Positions 1-9,163 of a DNA stretch of 45,123 nucleotides are shown here, in pieces; within the stretch, counting starts at the first letter, position 1, and each line of letters starts with the position of its first letter. Under the pieces are notes generated by a model. The model was not told the origin of the DNA. It was given only the letters and a program-made list of their open reading frames with translations, and searched no databases. Origin of the DNA: Octopus sinensis (lineage: Eukaryota); NCBI RefSeq assembly GCF_006345805.1, contig NW_021834928.1:1-45123 (forward strand), read 5' to 3'. The position numbers were made by a program, and so were the translations under genes.

Positions 1-189
1 AATTATATAGAAATTATATAAGAAGAAATTATATAGAAACAGGGGTATTATATTGCCAAAATTTGGAAGAGGGATAATCATAAAACATCAGTGGTTTATT
101 GCTGTTCTGTTATCATCCTATTATTATCATGTTTTATTATAGTGTAACATTATTTTATTGTTATTTTTATTAATATTATTGTTATTGGT

Positions 190-830
190 AAGGCGGCGAG
201 ATGGCAGAATCGTTAGCTACACCGAGGAAAATTCTCGGCGGCATTTCGTCCGTCTTTACGTTCTGAGTTCAAATTCCGCCGAGATCGATTTTGCCTTTCA
301 TCTTATTTGGGAGTCGATAAATTAAGTACTAGTTGAACACTGGCGTTGATGTAATCGATTTACCCACCACTCCTAAAATTTCTGGCCTTGTGCCTATAGT
401 AGAAAGGAATATGATTGTTATTGGTAAGTCGGCGAGCTGGCAGAACCGTTAGCACGCTGGGTGGAATGCTTTGCAGTATTTCGTCTGCCGCTAAGTTCTG
501 AGTTCAAATTCCACCGAGGTCGACTTTGCCTTTCGTCCTTTCGGGGTCGATAAATTAAGTACCAGTTACGCACTGGGGTCGATGTAATCGACTTAATCTC
601 TTTGTCTGTCCTTGTTTGTCCCCTCTATGTTTTAGCCCCTTGTGGACAATAAAGAAATAAGAATCGTTAGCACACCGGGCAAAATGCTTAACAGCATTTC
701 GTCTGTCTGCATGTTCTGGGTTCAAATTCCGCCGAAGTAGACTTTGCCTTTCATCTTTTCGGGGGTCGATAGATTAAGTACCAGGTGAACCCTGGGGCCA
801 AAAGTCCTGGCCTTGAGCCAAAATTTGAAA
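190..830 (+). mobile_element. Cluster of tRNA-derived SINE family B copies (GGCGGCGAGCTGGCAG head)
   Basis: Heads at ~192 and ~428, B-box-like GAGTTCAAATTC, body GAGGTCGACTTTGCCTTTCATC; third copy partial (~661-830). Confidence 0.85.
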
Positions 831-859
831 CTAATACTATTGCTACTAGTGGTGTTGAT

Positions 860-1275
860 GGAACTTTTCGGTTTGAACGGCAGTTTTTTTAAATAATTTC
901 CACGTAACTAAACACTTTTAAATTTCGTATACTGGTAGAATGTGTTTATAAAACATCTTTTTCTCTTGGCTTATTGAGAAAATTCTATAGTTTGTAAGAT
1001 ATTTGGTTGTTGTTTTTTCTTCAATTTCTGCAATTTCAACCAATCAATGACGTCTATTGAGGTGAAAACATTCTGTGCCGTATGAATATGTCCCTCGTTT
1101 AAGAAACAGATTTGGTTTATTTACATTTCTGAAGAAAAAAGTACCCTTCCCCCCACCCCTAATCCTAACCCTAAAACAGATAGAAATGCAAGAGATCGAT
1201 TCTAAGGTCATAATTATGGGTGACAATTTCATATGATACCGCTAGAAAAAACTGCCGGTCAAACCGAAAAGATCC
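860..1275. mobile_element. MITE with ~30 bp TIRs and 8 bp TSD (Merlin-like termini)
   Basis: Left GGAACTTTTCGGTTTGAACGGCAGTTTTT, right AAAAAACTGCCGGTCAAACCGAAAAGATCC; TSD GTGTTGAT at 852-859 and 1276-1283; internal CCCTAA-like repeats. Superfamily inferred from GG termini plus 8 bp TSD. Confidence 0.85.
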
Positions 1276-1802
1276 GTGTTGATTTTGATGTCGTCGACTT
1301 CATCATAATTGTTTTAATTTCACCCATTAATCCGCAAATTTACTCTAATTCGTTCATATCTTAGTTTGCCTTAGTTTCACTTAGTTCAAATTTTAATCCG
1401 GAACCGATTTATTGGTTTAAACTTTATAATGATGTTGATTTATATTTACATTTGACTTCCAACAATTTTTTACTTGACCTCATCTCAGTTCGACCCAGCA
1501 TCTCTCAATCTGTCGGTATTTATGTCTTTGCTGATAACAGCATTCTCGACCTCTGCACTACAACAAGACTGCTAATAATATTCTATTAATCACCTACTAT
1601 AACTCCCCAACTATGCTTGGTAATAAAAATCAGCAATAAAGATCAGTAATAAAAAATATTACGGAGATGTACTTGCATAGCAAGTGACCTGATCTGAGAT
1701 CGTGTGCTGGAACGAAAACAATTGCCGCGTGGAAGGTGTTTATAAGCCATTTAAGAAACACACAAAAACCGTTAGATTCAATTCAACATTTAAATTTAAT
1801 TG

Positions 1803-1836
<34 letters not shown>

Positions 1837-1838
<2 letters not shown>

Positions 1839-2294
1839 CAATAATAAATCTCTGAACGAGATATAAACAGTAGCCGCTCGACAACGTAAGGGGTATTAGC
1901 CATCTGAATGTGGCTAGCCACATTCAATGGCTAATACCCCTTACGTTGTCGAGGGGTTACTGTTTATATCTCGTTCAGAGATTTATTATTGTTTTCAGAC
2001 AGTTTTTCTACATCAGTGACAGTGGTTACTGTGAAAAACGTTATATATTATTTGCAAGGGGACTGCTTCATCGAAGACCGGTGCTTACCATGCGTTGACG
2101 AGAGGCAATTACCTTGAAACTATAGTCCGTATGTAGTACTCGGGTCTTCGAAAGAGGATGACCTTCCTTTGCAAATAACACAAGGGCACTGAGATAGTGT
2201 CTAAAGTTCTTCTGGTGACGTTGATCGCCTGGGGCTAAAAGTACCCCCCCCCCCAGTGGCTAGCCACATTCAGATGGCTAATACCCCTTACGTT
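1837..2294 (+). mobile_element. Retrozyme-like / Penelope-terminal-repeat element in (TA)n
   Basis: 39 bp direct repeat (1910-1947 and 2256-2294), spacerless palindrome 1837-1993, internal hammerhead motif, (TA)n on both sides. Confidence 0.7.
2089..2133 (+). ncRNA. Minimal type I hammerhead ribozyme (family 1, C3U core variant)
   Basis: Stem I CATGCG/CGTATG; core TTGACGA; stem II GAGG-CAATTA-CCTT; GAAAC-TATA-GTC with palindromic ACTATAGT; predicted cleavage after 2127. Confidence 0.75.
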
Positions 2295-2825
2295 ATATAT
2301 ATATATACATATATATATTACAATACCCGGAAATATTTACAATAACCGGAAAATGACCTTTCAGTTCACCCACTTTATCGAATAATCAAGTGTTATCATA
2401 TTAATGATCTTAATTTATGTCAACACAATGGAGTTCGATTAACTACATTCTTTGATAAAATACCACAAACAACAAAACACGTGTAAATATAAAGAGATGA
2501 TCTGGTGGAGGTCGGTGACTCTTCTTCAAACCACGTTGCATTTTTTTTAATAATCTTTCTAGCTAGGGAAAAGGGGCAAACTGGGATAATCGTTAGCACG
2601 ATGGGCAAAATGCTTAGCAGCGTCTCGTCCATCTTTACGTTCTGAGTTCAAATTCCGCCGAGGTCGATCTTGCTTTTCATCCTTTCAGGGTCGATAAAAT
2701 GAATAACAGTTAAGTATGGAGGTCGATGTAATCGACTAAGCCCCCTCCCCCCCGAAATAGCTAGCCTTGAGCCAAAATTTGAAACCAGTAACTTAGAGGT
2801 ACGAGTATAGTCGATAACGTCGACT

Positions 2826-3131
2826 AGTTGTTTGTTTCTTCTCGGGCCATGCCTGGCTCATAAGGGCCGGTTTCCCGGTTTCTTGGCGTATAGGTTCCTC
2901 ACCTGGACGGGACGCCGGTCCATCGCAGGTGAGCTGCTAGATGCAGGAGGAAAGAGTGAGAGAAAGTTGTGGCGAAAGAGTCAGCAGAAGTCTCGCCATT
3001 ACCTTCTGCCGGAGCCGCGTGGAGCTTAGGAGTTTCGCTCATAAACACATTCATCGCCCGGTCTGAGATTCGAACCCTCGCGATCCCTCGACCGCGAGTC
3101 CGCTGCTCTGACCACTAGGCCATGTGCCTCC
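2826..3131 (-). mobile_element. tRNA-derived SINE family C2 (V-domain-like 3' half)
   Basis: Head GGAGGCACATGGCCTAGTGG...GGTTCGAATCTC; CCTGCGATGGACCGGCGTCCCGTCCAGG resembles the V-SINE domain; (ACAA)n tail. Confidence 0.8.
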
Positions 3132-3180
3132 ACACAATAACGTTGACTAGCCCTATTCTCAAATGGTATTTATTTCATCG

Positions 3181-3420
3181 GCGAGCTGGTATAGGCGGCG
3201 AGCTGGCAGAAACGTTAGCACGCCGGGCGAAATGCGTAGCCGTATTTCGTCTGCCGTTACGTTCTGAGTTCAAATTCCGCCGAGGTCGACTTTGCCTTTC
3301 ATCTATTCGGGGTCGATAAATTAAGTACCAGTTACGCACTGGGGTCGATGTAATCGACTTAATCCGTTTGTCCTTGTTTGTCCATTCTGTGTTAAGCCCC
3401 TTGTGGGTAGTAAAGAAATA
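3181..3420 (+). mobile_element. SINE family B, near-consensus, 16 bp TSD
   Basis: TSD GGTATTTATTTCATCG at 3165-3180 and 3421-3436; target continues as an older antisense family B copy (~3425-3545). Confidence 0.9.
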
Positions 3421-3611
3421 GGTATTTATTTCATCGACCACGAAAGGATGAATGACAAAGTCGATCATCGGAGGGATTTGATCCCAGATCATAAAGAAGA
3501 AATGCCGCTAAGTAATTTTGTCCGGCGTGTTAACGATTCTGACTAAGATAAGGAAAGAAGTATGTTTAGTTTTTCATGAAGGACCTTAATATATTTAAGA
3601 GTCAGCGTAGT

Positions 3612-3997
3612 GGATGGAAGCACTCCGTCGGTTACGACGACGAGGGTTCCGGTTGATCCGAATCAACGGAACAGCCTGATCGTGAAATTAACGTGTAAGT
3701 GGCTGAGCACTCCACAGACACGTGCACCCTTAACTAGTTCGTTCTCGGGGATATTCAGCGTTACACAGAGAGTGACAAGGCCGGCCCCTTTAAAATACAG
3801 GTACACAGAAACAGGAAGTAAGAGTGAAAGAAAGTTGTGGTGAAAGAGTACAGCAGGAGGACCATCCCCCCTGCCGGAGCCTCGTGGAGCTTTAGGTGTT
3901 TTTCGCTCAATAACACTCTCAACGCCCGTCTGGGAATCGAAACCGCGATCCTACGACCGCGAGTCCGCTGCCCTAACCACTGGGCCATTGCGCCTCC
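3612..3997 (-). mobile_element. tRNA-derived SINE family C
   Basis: Head GGAGGCGCAATGGCCCAGTGG...GGTTTCGATTCCC; 3' end CGTCGTCGTAACCGACGGAGTGC; second copy at 15575-15923. Confidence 0.85.
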
Positions 3998-4333
3998 ACT
4001 CAGTCAGCGTAGTAATGCCAATCTGACAAAGCCTAAGTGATTTTTATTAGGGTTATTCAGTGAGTTATTGTGTGTATTGTAATTAATGTTTTCATTCGGC
4101 CTTGTGCAATCGGAATTTGGCTGCTGTTTGTTTTATCTAAGAAGTGATATGGTTGTAAATGTGATTGTGTCTTGGCACTCTTTTCTATTTAAGCAGTCAA
4201 ATATTGGGTCGAGTCATAAATAATTCCTGCTTTTTGGAAGTAAATTGTATCGATGGATTTCGAACTTTAGATGTTTAAAATTGAAATGGAAACTACCGTT
4301 TTTAAAAGAGTCTTATCTGTTATTCATATCCAT

Positions 4334-5007
4334 AGGCGCAGGAATGGCTGTGTGGTAAGTAGCTTGCTAACCAACCACATGGTTCCGGGTTCAGTCACAC
4401 CGCGTGGCATCTTGGGCAAGTGTCTTCTGCTATAGCCCCGGGCCGACCAATGCCTTGTGAGTGAATTTGGTAGACGGAAACTGAAAGAAGCCCGTCGTAT
4501 ATATGTATATATATATATATATGTATGTGTGTGTATGTGTTTGTGTGTCTGTGTTTGTCTCCCTAGCATTGCTTGACAACCGATGCTGGTGTGTTTACGT
4601 CCCCGTCACTTAGCGGTTCGGCAAAAGAGACCGATAGAATAAGTACTGGGCTTACAAAGAATACATGGTTCCGGGTTCAGTCCCACCGCGTGGCATCTTG
4701 GGCAAGTGTCTTCTATCATAGCCTCGGGCCTCGGGCCGACCAAAGCCTTGTGAGTGGATTTGGTAGACGGAAACTGAAAGAAGCCCGTCGTATATATGTA
4801 TATATGTGTGTGTGTGTTTGTGTGTCTGTTTGTCCCCCCAACATCGCTTGACAACCGATGCTGGTGTGTTTACGTCCCCGTAACTTAGCGGTTCGGTAAA
4901 GAGGCCGATAGAATAAGTACTAGGCTTCCATTTGTTCGACGAAAGGTGGTGCTCCAGCATGGCCACAGTCACATGACTGAAACAAGTAAAAGAGAGAGTA
5001 AAAGAGT
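4334..5007 (+). mobile_element. SINE family A, two tandem partial copies
   Basis: tRNA-like head TGGCTGTGTGG...GGTTCAGTC, CORE-like CTTGGGCAAGTGTC, internal (TA/TG)n, tail GAAACAAGTAAAAGAG; restart at ~4662. Confidence 0.9.
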
Positions 5008-5073
5008 AACATTATTACAAGTGATGAAAAATTGATCTTTTATGACAATGTTCAACGCAAAAAGCTGTCATGG
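5008..5073 (+). pseudogene. Short mariner (DD34D-type) transposase fragment
   Basis: Translates NIITSDEKLIFYDNVQRKKLSW, matching the mariner ITGDEKW-x-YDN first-Asp motif. Confidence 0.6.
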
Positions 5074-5626
5074 TTTTAGGGGTTGTCAGCAATGAAGGAC
5101 ATGTAATGCCTCCTTACTTCTTTCCACAAGGCTTTAGAGTTAACATTGAGGTCCTGGAAATAATTGTTAAGACCCGGATAGACAGTGTATGCAATGGAAG
5201 GCCATATGTATTTCTGTAAGATACTGCACTATCACACATGGCTCTAGTAACACAGGAGTGGGTGGCTGAAAATTTTCATGATCACATTTGGCCTCCGAAT
5301 TCCCCAGATCTCAATCCATTGGATTATTACACGTGGAGCGTTGTTGAGAGAGAGGTCAATGAACACACCCATAACACCAAAGATTCTTTGAAAGCTGCCA
5401 TTGTCAGAGTAATGTCCAAAATGCACCAGAACCACTTGAGTCGATCATGTAGATGATTTAGATCCCAGATAGAAGCGGTTGTTGAAGCTGAAGGTGGGTT
5501 TATTGAAAAACATTACAGAAAAGAAGGTTTATTTTTATTCTCATAGCATTTTTTGATAAATAAAGTTATAATTGTTATATATGTTTTTTTATAAACATAA
5601 ATCTGTCCTCAAATGTACGCGCCCTG
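5067..5626 (+). mobile_element. 3' half of a DD37D (maT-like) Tc1/mariner element
   Basis: VMVLGVVSNEGHVMPP...*DTALSH...WPPNSPDLNPLDYYTW...EAEGGFIEK; right end GCGCCCTG then TA. D-D spacing is 33 here, so a deletion relative to 37 is inferred. Confidence 0.8.
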
Positions 5627-5628
5627 TA

Positions 5629-5629
<1 letters not shown>

Positions 5630-5680
<51 letters not shown>

Positions 5681-5941
5681 TCAATAATAAAGGGTGAAAT
5701 TAATTAAATTTAGAATAATCATTAATTTCACCAAGTAGAGTTCGGCATGTAAAAGACCCATTCAAGGAGGTTTAAGTAATACTAAGTAATTAAGGGTTCA
5801 GCAGTGATTTGCCTCACCACACCCGAATTAGAAATAGCAGTCAAAAAGTTTTGGCTATCTTCTTCTACTTAAAAGGGAGATCCCAGTAAAACCAAAGCAC
5901 TTAAAAACCAACTATATATATATATATATATTATATATATA

Positions 5942-5972
<31 letters not shown>

Positions 5973-6588
5973 ATTTATATATATATAGGTGAATGAATTA
6001 TCCTATGTTTATCGTCAGCATGGAAAATTCGTTGAAACCCGACACCAGGATAGCAAATTCACGTCAGAAAACACGGTTGAAGCGACCTGTCCAAGGATAA
6101 GAACTCCGGGTTCATGTGGCCGAGAGTAAGGGAATTTTGTTAATATCTCCGTTCAACTCCATTCTTTCATTTATTCATTTATTCATATATATATATAAGA
6201 ATAAATGTTTTATATATAAAGACGTGAATACAGGAAGGGACAAACACGGAACACAGACAAATCATTCTAAGACCTTCAATCTTCAGTCTTCAGTCAGACA
6301 CCGAATCATCATAGCAATTTCGGCTGTTCAATTCTGATATTTGCTCTCCAACTCCGCCAGCCCCAAGAGAAAAAAAAAAAAAAAAAAAACTAAGCTGTAA
6401 GCATTAGATTTCTTGTAGAAGACAGGAATGTGAACGCACGAGACGAATGTAAATACGAGAGACGAAAACGAAATTGAAAACGGTAACGGTTAAACAAAAT
6501 ATAATATAATATAATATAACGGTGGTTGTCATACGACTCTAGACCAAATGAGACAACAACAACAAACATAGCAGCAGGCGTAGAAATA

Positions 6589-6668
<80 letters not shown>

Positions 6669-6670
6669 GT
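5630..6670. repeat. (TA)n microsatellite blocks separating several 150-300 bp repeat-end fragments
   Basis: 6200-6590 is homologous to 21130-21450 and 29505-29700; each fragment is bounded by (TA)n. Confidence 0.6.
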
Positions 6671-6837
6671 AACAACATGAACAAGGATGATAAATATCAC
6701 ACCTTAATTGTTGGTTACACACATACATTAACGACGATCGTTTCTACTGTGCCAGCGTATTTAAATATAGGAAAAAAACATACCAGTCAAATCAATATAT
6801 ATATAAAATTCACGACAAAATATCGACGCCCTGGGTG

Positions 6838-6926
6838 GTGTTTTCACTCAATAAACGGTCACAACGCCCGGCCTGGGAGTCGAAACCGCGATCCTACGAC
6901 CGCGAGTCCGCTGCCATTGAGCCTCC
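6838..6926 (-). mobile_element. SINE family C head fragment
   Basis: Matches 3900-3997. Confidence 0.75.
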
Positions 6927-7189
6927 GCACACACACACACACACAGATATATATATATATATATTATACACACACACACACACACACGCATATATATATA
7001 TGTTACGAACTTAGTGTGTGTTATATCTTCTCTTGTACTTTCGGGGTACAAGAGCAATCACTAGCCGTTGCTTTAATAACAGAATTCTACCAGTCAGAAA
7101 CACAAGACGCAGACGTAACAGATATATATACTACTTTATTCTCTAATGTGGTAACAGTAACAATAAGTGGTTATCTGTATCCCTTTGTT

Positions 7190-7590
7190 TGGGCGCGCAA
7201 GGCTGAAAGTTAATCGATTGTAATATTTACAATGTTCAGCCGCTAAAAACAGAACGGGTTAAAGATGGCGTCCGGAGGAAGAAGATGAGGTCTGCAACAA
7301 TTTGGTTAAAGGCCTTTTGGTAAGGTGCTGCTAGAATCAAGTCCTGACGGAGAGAAAATATACGTGACCGTTGCCTTCGGTCGCTGCTGTCTCAAGTCGT
7401 TGGCTGCTGCTGCTAGCGGTCAAACGTTCTACGACCCCCTTGCCTTGGCTAACTACCACGTAGGCAAAAGGGTCGTGCTTCCGGTGGTTCGCGCATGCGC
7501 GAGAGGGCCCTTCCTTTCTGTGCCTTGGTGAAGGCACTAACACTCGCACGCGCGAAAAAGAAAATGGACGGTGCGCGCGCGCACCGTTAT
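7190..7590 (+). promoter_or_regulatory. Candidate CpG-rich promoter / first exon
   Basis: YY1-like AAGATGGCG (7262-7270), donor-like TG/GTAAGG after 7319, ETS-like CTTCCGG (~7478), NRF1-like GCGCATGCGC (7491-7500), 20 bp palindrome ACGGTGCGCGCGCGCACCGT (~7568-7587). Could instead be a transposon-borne promoter. Confidence 0.45.
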
Positions 7591-7822
7591 AGGATCACTA
7601 CATATTATATTATATATATATATATACATACATACATATATATATACATATATATACATACATATACATACATATATATCATATATATACATACATACAT
7701 ATATATATATATACATATATATATATAACTATATAATATACATATATATATATATATACATATATATACATACATATATATATATATATATAATATAATA
7801 TATATATATATAATTATATATA

Positions 7823-9104
7823 CGAGGGACGTTCAATAAGTAATGCCCCTGACCCATTTGCATTGTCTGATCTAGCTGAAATTTTGCATGTGCATCATTT
7901 ATATCTCTATAGAGTGAGTGGCAAATTACAGCTCTGAATTTATTGTGGTTTCTGATTTACAGGTGTTTGAATTGAGTCAAGTGTGAAATGGAGCCTGTTG
8001 AGTGTCGAGCAGTGATCCGGTTTTTGTATTTGAAAGGACGCACACCATGGGAGACTTTTGATGAAATGAAAGTAACTTATGGTGATGATGCCCCATCATA
8101 TGACCTTGTAAAACGCTGGCATCGTGAATTCAAACATGGTCGGAACTCTGTGGAAACAGCTCCCAGATCTGGTCGCCCCATTTTGCCATTGATGAGACAT
8201 CTGTCCATCAAGTTGAGGCGGCCATTTTGGAAGATCGACGCATAATTATTCGCCAAATAGCCCATGAGGTCAAGATTAGTACCGGGTCTGTGGAAACTAT
8301 CATTCATGACCATTTGCATATGCAAAAGGTGTCTGCCAGATGGATTCCCAGGTTGCTCACGTCTTTCCAGAAGCAAGAACGCGTCGAGTGCTCGAGGGTG
8401 AATTTGGAGATGTGCCAAGAAGAGTCAAATTTTTTCAAAAGACTGATTACACAGGATGAAACCTGGGTCCATCACGATGATCCAGAGACCAAAGCCCAGT
8501 CAATGCAGTGGAAGCACCGTGACTCACCCCCTCCAAAGAAGGCAAGGGTGCAGCCCTCCGCTGCAAGGTCATGCTCACAGTCTTCTGGGACCAGGACGGA
8601 GTAGTGATGACAGATTTCCTGGCAAAGGGTACCACAATTGCAGGAGCCTATTATGCTTCACTTTTGGAAATTAAGAGAAGTTATCAAAATCAAGAGGCGG
8701 GGCAAGATCAGCAAAGGCATCCTCCTCCTGCAGGACAACGCTCCGGTCCACAACTCGCTGTCGCCAGATCAGATCACAGGCGTATGGCTATGAACTCCTC
8801 CCCATCCCCCCCCTACTTTCCTGACCTTGCACCCTCTGATTTTCACTTCCTCCAATCATGAAGTTGTTTTTGAAGGGAAAGCGTTTCCCAGATGATGCAG
8901 CCTTGATTTCTGAAGTCACGTTGAGGTTGGAGGACCAAGCTGGGTTCTTCTACAAAAACGGTCTCCAGAGCTGCATCAAACGATGGGAGAAATGCGTAAC
9001 TCTGGGTGGTTCCTATGTAGAAAAAGACTAATAACTGTGCCAAGTTTCGTTGCTCTACTGCTATGGGAAGTGGGTCAGGGGCATTACTTATTGAACGCCC
9101 CTCG
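7823..9104 (+). mobile_element. Full-length mariner element (irritans/Himar1-like), inactive
   Basis: TIR CGAGGGACGTTCAATAAGTAATGCCCCTGACCCA and its inverse ending at 9104; TA at left; 1282 bp. Confidence 0.95.
7988..9031 (+). pseudogene. Frameshifted mariner transposase
   Basis: Motifs RSGRP, WIPR-LT, ITQDETWVHH, VFWD, LLQDNAP, PYFPDLAPSDF, ends YVEKD*; split over several frames. Confidence 0.93.
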
Positions 9105-9110
9105 GATATA

Positions 9111-9163
<53 letters not shown>

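Noticed and set aside
1150-1175. Telomere or interstitial telomeric repeat (also ~11628 and ~27405)
   Set aside because: Only 2-4 imperfect CCCTAA units, all inside MITEs.
3900-3997. tRNA genes
   Set aside because: The A/B-box sequences are SINE heads running into SINE bodies; no closing acceptor stem or Pol III terminator was seen.
4324-4972. Recurrent 60-130 aa ORFs (e.g. [15 protein letters not shown]...) as a gene family
   Set aside because: They are translations of SINE families A and B and of microsatellites, repeated wherever those elements occur.
5840-5900. Degenerate hammerhead on the minus strand
   Set aside because: A stem is visible but both core segments are broken.
6000-6130. 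Additional hammerhead (minus-strand CTGACGA; plus-strand TTGAAGC...GAAC)
   Set aside because: No GAAA after the minus-strand core, and the plus-strand version needs too many substitutions.
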